64,000 nt of DNA from Planctomycetota bacterium. Its GTDB lineage: Bacteria > Planctomycetota > UBA1135 > GCA-002686595. Made by a program: the position numbers and the translations under genes. This document shows positions 26,765 to 35,867 of the stretch, in pieces. How positions within the stretch are numbered: the stretch's first letter is position 1; every line of letters begins with the position of its first letter. The stretch covers positions 218,859 through 282,858 of the forward strand of contig CBFIHP010000007.1 in the NCBI GenBank assembly GCA_965662355.1, written 5' to 3'. The notes under the pieces are model-generated. The model did not search any database. It was given only the letters and a program-made list of their open reading frames with translations, and was not told the DNA's origin.

Positions 26765-28516
26765 CTAGCCCCCTGATTCGTCCCTGTATAGGGATTTGCG
26801 AATTCCTTCGAGGACCCGGTGAACACCGGCAGAGCTCGCTGCAGCTAGGGCCTCCCGGGCGTGCTCCTTGGCATCCACGAGTTTCGTGCGTCGAATGGCG
26901 TACTTGATCTCCGCGACGAACTGTGGAGAGACGCTGATCGAATCGTAGCCCAGACCGAGGAGCAAGAGGGCCATGGCCGGATCGCTGGCGATCTCCCCAC
27001 AGACCGCGGCGGGCTTGCCGCAGTTCGAGGCCGCCTCGGCGATCTGACTCAGGGCCCGCATGATGGCCGGATTGTGGGGGTCGTACAGATCGGACACCCA
27101 GGGGTTGTCGCGATCCACCGCCAGGAGGTACTGCACGAGATCGTTCGTCCCGACGCTGATGAAATCGACCGCGTCGAAGATCCGGGTGATCTCGAGCAGG
27201 GCCGAGGGCACCTCGATCATGGCCCCCACCGGAACGTCCCTGGCCACGGGATAGCCCTGTCCGGCCAGCTCGCCGCGCACCTCCTGGAAGATCTGGTGCA
27301 GCTCCTCGATCTCGTCCAGGGAGGTGACCATCGGAACCAGCACGCACAGATCGCCGTATACGCTCGCCCGCAGGAGGGCTCGCAACTGGACCCGCAGCAG
27401 GTCGCGCCACTGGAGAGTGATTCGAATGCCCCGCCAGCCCAGAGCGGGGTTGGTCTCGGCGGGGGTCTGAAAGTACGGCAGCGGCTTGTCCCCGCCGATA
27501 TCGAGCAGCCGCAGGGTTGCCGGCTTGCCGTCGAGGTGCTCCAGCACGCGCCTGTACAGACGATACTGCTCTTCCTCCGAGGGAAAGGCGTTGCGTTCGA
27601 GGTAGAGGAACTCCGTTCGCAGAAGACCGACGCCATCGATGTGCTCGCTGTTGAAGGTCTCGAGGTCGCGCACACTCTCGATGTTGACCAACATGGCCAG
27701 TTCGGTTCCATCCGGAGTGCAAGCCTGACTTGCAGCCTCCTGACTGAGCGCGTCACGCCGGTTGTCTATCGATGCTTTGCGCGTCAGGAGCTGCTGGACC
27801 ACATCCTCCGCAGGCGCGAGATGCACCTCACCACGGTCGGCGTCCACGGCGACCTGCATCCCCTGCTCGAGGCGAGCCAGCAGGTTGTTCGCGCCGATGA
27901 GGCAGGGAATCGCGAAGGCCCGGGCAAGGAGTGCCCCATGGGAGAAGCGCCCACCCTTTTCGGCGACAACGGCGGCCAATCGCCCGCGTTCGACGAAGGT
28001 CATGACCGCCGGTGTCAGCTGCGCCGCGGCGAGAATGACCTGGCCCTCGGTCTGCAGGATCTCCTCGCGATCCTTTTCGAGCAGTACATCGAGGACGTAA
28101 TACCAGGGATCGCTGACGTCGGAGGCGTAGGCGCGCACGCTGTTGCCTTCCAGCTTGCTCATCGTTTGCTCGAAGCGGTCGATGAGAAGCTTCACCGCGG
28201 CTTCGGCGTTGATCCGTTGCTCTGCAATGGCATCTTCGACCTGCCGCATTGCACTCGGGTCCTGGAGGATCGCCCGGTGGACCGCGAAAATCTCCGCATC
28301 CTTGGCGCCGGCGCTCGATGCGACTTTCTTTCTACGTTCATCCAGGCGCTCGGCCGCGACGTTGAGCGCGGCCGCCAAACGGCCGATCTCGAGCGGTATT
28401 TCGTGCCGCCCCACCGTCCACGTGGGAATGTCCGCAGGGCTTGCGTAAACGATATGAACGGGCCCCAGCGCGAGTCCCGGTGAGACCGCGGTGCCTTGAA
28501 TCGTGCCTTTCTGCAT
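26765..28516 (-). CDS. ptsI: Phosphoenolpyruvate-protein phosphotransferase (PTS enzyme I).
   Basis: The N-terminus MQKGTIQGTAVSPGLALGPVHIV is the HPr-binding domain. GGRFSHGALLARAFAIPCLIGA is the phosphohistidine domain. LLRTEFLYLERNAFPSEEEQ, RLLDIGGDK and FISVGTNDLVQYLLAVDRDN form the PEP-utilising TIM barrel. The start is at the complement of 28514-28516. The track ORF extends to 28921. Confidence 0.8.
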   Translation of the reverse strand: MQKGTIQGTAVSPGLALGPVHIVYASPADIPTWTVGRHEIPLEIGRLAAALNVAAERLDERRKKVASSAGAKDAEIFAVHRAILQDPSAMRQVEDAIAEQRINAEAAVKLLIDRFEQTMSKLEGNSVRAYASDVSDPWYYVLDVLLEKDREEILQTEGQVILAAAQLTPAVMTFVERGRLAAVVAEKGGRFSHGALLARAFAIPCLIGANNLLARLEQGMQVAVDADRGEVHLAPAEDVVQQLLTRKASIDNRRDALSQEAASQACTPDGTELAMLVNIESVRDLETFNSEHIDGVGLLRTEFLYLERNAFPSEEEQYRLYRRVLEHLDGKPATLRLLDIGGDKPLPYFQTPAETNPALGWRGIRITLQWRDLLRVQLRALLRASVYGDLCVLVPMVTSLDEIEELHQIFQEVRGELAGQGYPVARDVPVGAMIEVPSALLEITRIFDAVDFISVGTNDLVQYLLAVDRDNPWVSDLYDPHNPAIMRALSQIAEAASNCGKPAAVCGEIASDPAMALLLLGLGYDSISVSPQFVAEIKYAIRRTKLVDAKEHAREALAAASSAGVHRVLEGIRKSLYRDESGG

Positions 28517-28740
28517 GGGAAGGAGTTGCCCGTCTGGAAGACGTGGGGCCAAGACCATAACCGGCGCGGGCCACCGGGTAGAAATGCGCTCAAGACGAAT
28601 CCCGGCATATCCCGACCTAGGGGTGAAACCGATACGGAATCGAGGGCATCGGGAGCTTGAAATACGGCGTTCACCAGGGACGAACAGGCCTCTTTTGCCG
28701 GAACTCGGTCCTGGATTCCGAGGAGAAGAACGAGGACCCA

Positions 28741-29667
28741 ATGGAAGCTCAGCACTCCACGCAACAATCGCCCCCCGCGGCGTCGCCCGAAGAACTGCCG
28801 GACCCGCAACACTCTGACGCTTCGCAACGCGACCAGCAGCGCTCCGACAACACCGAATCAAACGCACTGTTCTCCGCAGGCGGGGTGATTGCCGTGTTCG
28901 GCTTGGCACTCGCCACGGCACCGGAGTACTCGTGGCATCTGACGAAGATCGCCCATGCTCTCGCCACAGCTGGCGTGGAAAGTGGTATCCTGATCGTCGG
29001 TGGTTTGGTGCTCCTGGGCATCGGCCTTCTCGCGCGGCAACGAGTGCAACCGGTTGCCTTCATCGCTGCGCCAAAGAGTTCCGAAGCAGACGGTGATTTT
29101 CGACTCATTGTCGCTCAGCTCATCACCAAGCTCACTCATCTGAGTACCTCGTCATTGCAAGTCTCGGAAGACGTGACTGCCATGGCCGGGGTACAGAAGA
29201 GTCTCTTTTCCAAACTGAACGGCAAGGATGACCTCGCGCTGGAACACCGCGACGCGCTGTTCCGCCTGGCATCTAGCATGGACAAGTTGAACGCCCACTT
29301 TGACGAGCGCATTCACGCGTTCGACCTACAGGTCCGAGGTGGGCTCGACAGCGTAATCCACGCCCTCAATCAGACACGCCATCACCTGGAAGCGCATATC
29401 GACGCTTCCGCTTCACAACCCAGTTCGAAGATGTCCCCCGGCTTCTCCCCAATCACCCCCGCAAACGAAGAGCTCCACATCCTCGTCGACCTTGAAGGCC
29501 CGGCGCCAACCATTCCCATGACAACCCCGGAGGAGTCCGCCGATTTCTTTGGGACCACGCTCGATCGACTCGACGAGCTCGCGGGAGACTTTGACGCACC
29601 GAATCCGCCGGGCACCATGCCCAGCAATCCGCACGACCTCCGGCGGACGCCGGAAGAGCAGAACTAG
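28741..29667 (+). CDS. Hypothetical membrane protein with two TM helices.
   Basis: The start at the ATG at 28741 has GAGGAC upstream. There is an acidic N-terminus, then two hydrophobic helices (ALFSAGGVIAVFGLALA and GILIVGGLVLLGIGLLA), then a coiled-coil-like soluble C-terminal region. Confidence 0.55.
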   Translation: MEAQHSTQQSPPAASPEELPDPQHSDASQRDQQRSDNTESNALFSAGGVIAVFGLALATAPEYSWHLTKIAHALATAGVESGILIVGGLVLLGIGLLARQRVQPVAFIAAPKSSEADGDFRLIVAQLITKLTHLSTSSLQVSEDVTAMAGVQKSLFSKLNGKDDLALEHRDALFRLASSMDKLNAHFDERIHAFDLQVRGGLDSVIHALNQTRHHLEAHIDASASQPSSKMSPGFSPITPANEELHILVDLEGPAPTIPMTTPEESADFFGTTLDRLDELAGDFDAPNPPGTMPSNPHDLRRTPEEQN

Positions 29668-29688
29668 CCTTCTGGCCGAGAGCCCCCC

Positions 29689-29732
29689 TCCAACCGAAGG
29701 ACCCCGCCGATCACGGATCGGACGGGGTCTTT
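29689..29732 (+). terminator. Rho-independent terminator (hairpin plus T-tract).
   Basis: A 13-bp stem GGACCCCGCCGATC...GATCGGACGGGGTC with one mismatch is followed by TTTTTCTTTTTTTT. It lies between the convergent genes 28741..29667 and 29745..31169. Confidence 0.65.
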
Positions 29733-29744
29733 TTCTTTTTTTGC

Positions 29745-31169
29745 CTATGAGCAACGCCGCCTGTGGAGGTGATCGCAAAACACACCCAACCACAGGACCA
29801 GAGCCGGCATGCACTGGAACAGGACCCGCGCGGAAGCCGTGCGCAGGTGTTTATCCAAGTAGCGGCCCGTGCCCAGGAAGACAACGAAGATGCCCAGCTG
29901 AAAGAGGAGCAGGGCCACGGCGGAGGGCCCGAGTTTCGAACGCAGGACAAGAAACGGGACGCAGGCAACGATCGTCAGGAAGGCGAGGATCAAAAAGCCC
30001 GAGTGCTCGGGAACCGTGAGCGCCTTGCTCCAGAGGACCCCCCCCACGATGGGGATCCGTTCGGAACCATGCTCTCGAAGCATGGTGAAGATGCCCTCGC
30101 CAAGGGGCGCCCCTTCGCCGGTCAAGACATCGCTCTGGTGTCCGAAGTACGCGTTGAAGCCGCGGTTCAAGACTACGAAGAAGAACGGCGCGAGCAAGCC
30201 CATGTGAAAGCTCCGCGTCGGTGAGTCGTCGGTGCCGCGTGCCCCGAGCCAACGAACGAGAATCGCCACCAGTGTGCAGACGAGCACGAGCATCCCCTCG
30301 TTCTTGCCCCACACACAGAGGCAGGCCCCAAGAACCGACAATCTCCACCAAATGGAGCGATCCTGGGCCTCCTGTTGGCGTAGAGCGCCATCGAGGAGAA
30401 GCAGGGCGCCGAGCCCCACGAAGAGATCACCGTGGGCACGCTTCGTCCAGATGATGGCCTGCCCGCATCCCATGAAGATGAGGAGCAGCGCGGCCCCCAC
30501 CCACGCCGGTCGAACCCGTCTCAGACCGGAGGCAAGAATCATGATCAGGGCCATCGAAAAGCCCAGGAAGGGCAGTCTGTTGGCCACGTGAGTGATGCGG
30601 TCGAAATGCAGATACGTCCAGACGTGAAGCAAGGGATTGAAGAGCGGGTAATCCCCGTGCAACAAGAAACGGCTCTTCGCCGCGCTTGCGTAGGCGGACG
30701 TAAACCCCCCTGACTCGAAGATCACCTTGCCGTGCAAGGACCAAAACGTTGCTTCGTCGGCGCGGTGAATGACTTCACTCGTAGCCATGACCAGGCGCAG
30801 CGCCGTCACAACGAAAGCAAACGTCACGACGCCCAGGAACAGACGTTTCTCCCATGCGGTCGTCTCGGGCTGGATCAACGCCGGCTGAAAACGAACCCGG
30901 CGACCGAGGTAGAACAGCCCCGCGGCGAGCCCACACAGGGTCACGTCAATCGCCCAGGCGGCGGGAACGGCAAACCACAGCCACACGAAGAGAACGAAGG
31001 CCGTCGTCAAGGCTCCCCCGATCCAGCTCCAGCCCAGATAGCCAAGACGATCGGACGCCAACCGAAAGCCGAGCGCCCGAAGTAGCGCCATGCCGAGGAT
31101 CAACGGAACCCCGACGAGACGCAGAAGAACGAAGATCACACCCGGTTCGTTCACTTCCACAGGGTCCAT
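29745..31169 (-). CDS. Large polytopic membrane protein (hypothetical; possibly a GT-C-like glycosyltransferase-fold membrane protein).
   Basis: The 474 aa ORF has at least 10 hydrophobic helices and periplasmic-loop-like segments. It overlaps the upstream small gene by 19 nt, so the two look co-transcribed. Confidence 0.7.
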   Translation of the reverse strand: MDPVEVNEPGVIFVLLRLVGVPLILGMALLRALGFRLASDRLGYLGWSWIGGALTTAFVLFVWLWFAVPAAWAIDVTLCGLAAGLFYLGRRVRFQPALIQPETTAWEKRLFLGVVTFAFVVTALRLVMATSEVIHRADEATFWSLHGKVIFESGGFTSAYASAAKSRFLLHGDYPLFNPLLHVWTYLHFDRITHVANRLPFLGFSMALIMILASGLRRVRPAWVGAALLLIFMGCGQAIIWTKRAHGDLFVGLGALLLLDGALRQQEAQDRSIWWRLSVLGACLCVWGKNEGMLVLVCTLVAILVRWLGARGTDDSPTRSFHMGLLAPFFFVVLNRGFNAYFGHQSDVLTGEGAPLGEGIFTMLREHGSERIPIVGGVLWSKALTVPEHSGFLILAFLTIVACVPFLVLRSKLGPSAVALLLFQLGIFVVFLGTGRYLDKHLRTASARVLFQCMPALVLWLGVFCDHLHRRRCS

Positions 31170-31675
31170 GCGGCACTGGAGGCGATCGGTTGCTTGTAGC
31201 CTCGTGGAGAGTCTAGATGCGGCCCACGCAGGGTCAACACAAGCAGATCCGGCCGATGACCGCGCTCCTCATCTCCCGGTAGGCGAGAGACGATGTCGAT
31301 GCGCCGCGGATAAAGGAAACCTGACAGCCCTATCAGGGCACGCAGGATGTAGTCGTCCTCGCCTGGAACGCAAAAGACTCGCGCCCCTTCTTCGCTGTTG
31401 CGCACGATCGCACGCTGCAGCTCGTAGAGCCCAAGCGACTCGCCGGCGATGTCGTCGTAAACCTGCATCGACTTGCGAATGCGCTGGTCCTCGGAATCGC
31501 TGAAGGCGTGGGCGAGGCCGCGCCGCGGAACGTCCGCGACCTCGTAGAGGATCTTGCGAGCCATCCACAGCCCCTGCCAGGCAACGAGACCCAGGAGGAG
31601 CCAGGTGAGGACTTTCGTCTTCAGCTCGGAAGAAGACACCGTGAAAGATACGCGGCTAGACCCACGGATGGACAT
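31151..31675 (-). CDS. Hypothetical membrane-anchored protein.
   Basis: It has a single N-terminal TM helix (VLTWLLLGLVAWQGLWMA). It sits 15 bp downstream of tex and overlaps the next membrane gene. Confidence 0.55.
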   Translation of the reverse strand: MSIRGSSRVSFTVSSSELKTKVLTWLLLGLVAWQGLWMARKILYEVADVPRRGLAHAFSDSEDQRIRKSMQVYDDIAGESLGLYELQRAIVRNSEEGARVFCVPGEDDYILRALIGLSGFLYPRRIDIVSRLPGDEERGHRPDLLVLTLRGPHLDSPRGYKQPIASSAAWTLWK

Positions 31676-31690
31676 GGGCGCCGCAGCGGA

Positions 31691-34600
31691 TCACTCGCCC
31701 GACTCGGAGGTTGTTCCGGAGTCCTGGGGCTCGTCTTCCTTCTTGAAGAAGTTCGCGAAGGGGTTGTACGCCGCGTTGGCGGGATCGTTGACCTTCTTGA
31801 TGGCATCGGCATCGTAGTGCTCGTCAGCCTGGCCTCGGCGTTTACCGCCACGACCGGGACCACCGCGGCCCGGGCCACCACGGCCTCCACCTCCGCCACG
31901 ACCACCACCGCCTCCGCGGCCTCGCTCGTTCGTCGTCGACGCTCCCGCGAGTCCGTCCCGGCGCGAGCGTGCGGCGCGCGTGACGGGCTTGTACTCGGGC
32001 CACGGGGAATCGCTCCGATCGCGAGAGCTACCGCCCCGGCGTCCAGCGCCTCCCCGACCGCCACCAGCGCCAGCGGCACCCTCGCGCGGAGCACCGCCTC
32101 CGGCCCGACGCCGGGGACCGCCCGCGCGACGCGGATCGGGAACGTTCTTGAGCGACAGCTCGACTCGCGGACCGTCCGCATCGAGAACCCGCGCGTGCAC
32201 GATCTGGCCGATCGAGAGCAGAGCGCGCGCATCCCGCACGTAGCGATCGGAGATCTCCGAGATGTGGATCATCCCATCCCGCGGAATACCGAGATCGACG
32301 AAGGCGCCGAAGCTCGCCACGTTCGAGATGATGCCCTCAAGCACCCGCCCTTTCTCGAGCGTCTTCGGCTCCGTGTCGAACGGCAGAAGCGCCGGGAAGT
32401 ACAGTCGCGGACGCGGATCCCGCCCGGGAAAGGCGACTTCACGCACGAGATCGCGCCAGGTGGCCTCGTCGACCTCGAAGTCCGAGCGCCGCAGCCCCTT
32501 GGTCGCGTCACGACGGCCGAGCGTCTCTTCGACACTGCCTCCCGTCTTCAGGATCACGCGCCGCATCAAGTCGTATTGCTCGGGGTGCATGATCGTGCGA
32601 TCGAGCGGCTCGTTGGACTCGGTGACCCGCAGGAAGCCGATGGCGTTGGTCCAGGCCGTATCGTCGAGCAATCCCTCCGTACGCAGCTCTTCGCGCGAGG
32701 TGAAGGGACGCTCCTTGCGACGCTCGACCAGCTTCTTGGCCAGGTCGAAGTTCAGTCCGGGCACGTGACGCAGGAAGCTGATCGGGGCGAAGTTGAGGTC
32801 GCACCCGACGTGGGCCACGCAGGATTCGATCGTGTCCGAGAGCACGCGCCGCAGGTTGGCCTTGCTGACGACGGATTGCTCGCGACCGAGCCCGAGGTGA
32901 CGCGGCTCGACCTTCAAGAGCTCGTTCATCGGGTCCTGATGACGGCGCCCGATGCTGATCGCTTCGCGCGCCGGAACGCTGTAGCCGGAAAGCTCGGTGC
33001 GAGCGAGTTCCGAGTTGGCATAGCTCGACACTCCAGCATCGTTCACGAGGAACACGCCGGCATCGGCCGAGAGCAACTGGATGGACTCGCGCAGCTGATG
33101 AAGCGCCTTGCGCGCATTCTTGCCGTGACCGATGGCCAGGCCGCGGGTGCGCGCATTGGTGCGCAATTCCTCACCCAGCTTCTTGGCCAGCTCGCCCGGA
33201 TTGAGCGTCGAGGCCTCGATCTTGATCTCGGGACCGGTCGGATCCCCATTGCCGTCGATGACGACGATGTACCAATCGCCCTTCGCATCCGCGTGCACAC
33301 CGGCGACCGCCCGCGGTCCCGCGGGCGGAGCCAGAAGGACCTGGCGCAGGTGCTGGGAGAGGAAACGAATCGCTTCCTCGTCCGCACGCTCGCGCAGTTC
33401 GTTGCGCACGTCGTCCTCGATCATCGGCATCAGCCGTTGACGCAGTGCCTGCTCGGCAACGACCTGGGCCACGCTCGCGTATTCCGGACGCAGGCGCTTG
33501 CCGAGGGCGGCACGCACCTTGGGCATGACCAGCGCCTCGTCGATGTGGATGGCCGTCGCCAGGAGACGTTGTGAGTGTGCCTGACGCAGGGCCAGGAGAC
33601 GGTGCCCCTGGAGCTGGCGCAGCGGCGAATTGATCTTCAAGAGCGAACGATTGCGCCCCAGCTTCGATTCCTCGACCAGGGGGCGAACCGTCAGGCGGCC
33701 GTGTTTGCGCAGCGAGCGACGCAGCAGCGAACGCAGCTCGGGGTTGCGGCCCAGCCGGTCGGCGAGGATGCGAATCGCTCCCTCGAGCGCTTGCATGTCC
33801 GAGTGAATCCCGCGATCGGTATTCACGAAGGGCTGGCAAACACGCGCCAGCTCGGGCGAGTGCTCGACCTTGGTGCTCGGCAACGGCCCCGGGGGCGGCG
33901 GCGGCGGCGTCTTCTTGGGACGCTTGCGCTTGGGTCTCTCGGCCTTCGCGGCACCCTCGGCAGCGGATTCACCCTCGGCAGCAGGCGCAGCAGATTCATC
34001 GGCCTCGCTCGAGGACTCGGGGGTGGACTCGGGGGTGGACTCGGAGGCGGCATCGCCTGCGGCTTCGGGAGCAGAGACTTCGGCCTCGGTGCTCGCCAAC
34101 GTGTCGCCGTCTGCTTGGGCATCGACGGTCGATGCGGGCTCGTCCGCCGCGATCTCGGCTTCTGCGGTCGCTTCTGCGGTCGCTTCTGCGGCGACTTCGG
34201 ATCCTTGAGCTTCGGGGGCGTCGGCTTCGGCTGTCTGCGAATCCAAATCGCCGGGGGCCGCAGCGGTGGAGTCGGACTCCTCGGCAGGCTCTTCGGCGGC
34301 CTTGGCCTCTGTCTCGTCCGCTTTCTCTTCGCTATCCGGTTTCTCGTCCTTGGCAGGCTCGCCTTCCACCACTCCGGGGGCACCGGGAGGCAGCGGTTCG
34401 ATCAGGAGATCCGCCAGATGCCCCAAACCGCGGTCGAGGGCCAGCTGGACTTCCGGTTCCGGTCGCCGATGGGGCTGGAACAGATCCTCGAGCTCGAAGC
34501 GATCCATGCAGTTGCGCAAACCGCGCAAAGGATCCTTGCCCCTTCTCCCCGGCTTGGACCGAGATGCGGGCACATCCGTTTGCGAAGCCTGGGGCGCCGG

Positions 34601-35017
34601 TTCCGGCTTGGCCTCTTCCGGCTTGGCCTCTTCCGGCTTGGCCTCGTCCGCTTTGGCCTCGTCCGCTTTGGCCTCGTCCGGCTTGGCCTCTGTGGGCAAC
34701 GCCCCTTTGCTCTCGAGGGCAGCGGGTTGGGGCTCGCTTTCGAGCGCCTTGGCCTCGCCCTTCTTGGGGCCATCCTTCTTGGACTCTTCGAGCGAGCGCA
34801 AGAGCGAACCGCGCCTGCGCTCGAGCTCGTCGAGCTGTTTCAGTCGACGAGAAAAGCGACGGATCGTGCCGTCGTTGAAGGTACCGATTTCGGCGCGCCT
34901 GTAGCGCGCGATATAAGGCACTTTCGAGCCTGCTTTCAAAAGCTCGAACACGCGTTGGGCGTGCTCGGTTTTGACGGAGAACTCTTTGGCCAGCGTCTCT
35001 ACGATCGCTGCAGTCAC
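31691..35017 (-). CDS. tex: Tex-like transcription accessory protein with a large acidic repeat insertion and an RGG-rich C-terminal tail.
   Basis: The N-terminus is MTAAIVETLAKEFSVKTEHAQRVFELLKAGSKVPYIARYRRAE. A YqgF/RNase H-like region, helix-hairpin-helix (HhH) motifs and a C-terminal S1 domain (GRVLEGIISNVASFGAFVDLGIPRDGMIHISEISDRYV) are present. An insert of about 330 aa is rich in KADEA/KPEEA repeats, and the tail is GGGGRGGGGGRGGPGRGG. The start is GTG. Confidence 0.85.
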   Translation of the reverse strand: MTAAIVETLAKEFSVKTEHAQRVFELLKAGSKVPYIARYRRAEIGTFNDGTIRRFSRRLKQLDELERRRGSLLRSLEESKKDGPKKGEAKALESEPQPAALESKGALPTEAKPDEAKADEAKADEAKPEEAKPEEAKPEPAPQASQTDVPASRSKPGRRGKDPLRGLRNCMDRFELEDLFQPHRRPEPEVQLALDRGLGHLADLLIEPLPPGAPGVVEGEPAKDEKPDSEEKADETEAKAAEEPAEESDSTAAAPGDLDSQTAEADAPEAQGSEVAAEATAEATAEAEIAADEPASTVDAQADGDTLASTEAEVSAPEAAGDAASESTPESTPESSSEADESAAPAAEGESAAEGAAKAERPKRKRPKKTPPPPPPGPLPSTKVEHSPELARVCQPFVNTDRGIHSDMQALEGAIRILADRLGRNPELRSLLRRSLRKHGRLTVRPLVEESKLGRNRSLLKINSPLRQLQGHRLLALRQAHSQRLLATAIHIDEALVMPKVRAALGKRLRPEYASVAQVVAEQALRQRLMPMIEDDVRNELRERADEEAIRFLSQHLRQVLLAPPAGPRAVAGVHADAKGDWYIVVIDGNGDPTGPEIKIEASTLNPGELAKKLGEELRTNARTRGLAIGHGKNARKALHQLRESIQLLSADAGVFLVNDAGVSSYANSELARTELSGYSVPAREAISIGRRHQDPMNELLKVEPRHLGLGREQSVVSKANLRRVLSDTIESCVAHVGCDLNFAPISFLRHVPGLNFDLAKKLVERRKERPFTSREELRTEGLLDDTAWTNAIGFLRVTESNEPLDRTIMHPEQYDLMRRVILKTGGSVEETLGRRDATKGLRRSDFEVDEATWRDLVREVAFPGRDPRPRLYFPALLPFDTEPKTLEKGRVLEGIISNVASFGAFVDLGIPRDGMIHISEISDRYVRDARALLSIGQIVHARVLDADGPRVELSLKNVPDPRRAGGPRRRAGGGAPREGAAGAGGGRGGAGRRGGSSRDRSDSPWPEYKPVTRAARSRRDGLAGASTTNERGRGGGGGRGGGGGRGGPGRGGPGRGGKRRGQADEHYDADAIKKVNDPANAAYNPFANFFKKEDEPQDSGTTSESGE
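34601..34690. repeat. 6 x 15-bp tandem repeat (TTCCGGCTTGGCCTC and variants) inside the tex insertion.
   Basis: Six direct copies are read directly from the sequence. On the coding (minus) strand they encode EAKPE/EAKAD pentapeptide repeats. Confidence 0.8.
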
Positions 35018-35238
35018 GTTGAACCTCTCGGAATTGGCTCCGATGGTCCGGGTCGAACCAGACTTCGGGAAAAGGAAGAAACTACCGAGACTCCTCTACG
35101 TGGAGCCCCTTTCGAACCACGGCCGGGAACTCCTTGATCGGCGAGTTCCTGGACCGGGGGCGGAGTATATTAGCTCGCGGGGCGTTGGGCGAATAGGTGC
35201 CCCACCGAAGGAATCGTGAATCCCGACGCGCGCAGGTT

Positions 35239-35820
35239 TCAGATCGCGACGACCTGCACGAGCGCCTTCCCGAAACGGAAGCCGGCCGCATCGTCGAAGG
35301 CGGTGACGAGCTTGCCGTCACGCTGGAGCTGGGTACCGGTGTAGCGAGCGCCCGCTTTCTCCAGAGCCGACTTTGCGGCGGGATCGCCGGTGACCTTCTT
35401 CTTGGCCACGACGCCTGCCGCGGCCAGCAGGGAAACCCCCTGGCCCCAGGCGCCTATCAGCTTGTCCTGGGCCGCCGCCTCCGCCACCAGACGCCGCGCG
35501 TCGGGGTTTTCGGCCATCTCGAGGGATCCGGGACCGCCGACGACGAGGACCCCGGCGTGATCCTCCATTTTGGCCTCCGAGAGCTTGCCGTCGGCCTGGA
35601 GCTCATCCTGCATGTCCCCCACGATGAGGTCCTCGTCGTTGGACGAGACCGTCGTCGTGCCCACGTGGACATTGAAGAGCGCCGAGCGCGCATAGCGCAA
35701 GGTCGTCTCCGCATATCCGTTGGCGGGCACGAGAACCAGGATCGTGCTTTCGTAGCGGTGGATGACAAGCCCGTGCTCGTCGAGCTCAGCGTCGCTGGTT
35801 GCTGCTTCCTTGTCGGCCAT
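35239..35820 (-). CDS. DJ-1/PfpI-fold (class I glutamine amidotransferase-like) protein with Trp at the position where the conserved nucleophile Cys is expected.
   Basis: The fold-level pattern is LVLVPANGYAETTL...GVLVVGGPGS...LIGAWGQGVSLLAAAGVVAKKKVTG...GKLVTA. The usual AICxGP nucleophile elbow reads IGAWGQG, with W in place of C. Confidence 0.6.
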   Translation of the reverse strand: MADKEAATSDAELDEHGLVIHRYESTILVLVPANGYAETTLRYARSALFNVHVGTTTVSSNDEDLIVGDMQDELQADGKLSEAKMEDHAGVLVVGGPGSLEMAENPDARRLVAEAAAQDKLIGAWGQGVSLLAAAGVVAKKKVTGDPAAKSALEKAGARYTGTQLQRDGKLVTAFDDAAGFRFGKALVQVVAI

Positions 35821-35867
35821 GTCGTGGGAATTGCGCTGCTGCGCGCTCGTGCGCTATTGGGCGGGAT

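Noticed and set aside
28517-28921. N-terminal extensions of track ORFs beyond the conserved starts: ptsI to 28921, EF-G to 39214, hydrolase to 17099, M43 to 6804, dual methyltransferase to 21971, DUF1697 to 12912 and the GcrA-neighbour PNPOx frame.
   Set aside because: The extensions are Arg-rich and non-homologous. The conserved N-termini or signal peptides begin at internal ATG/GTG codons, and open frames are expected by chance at this GC content.
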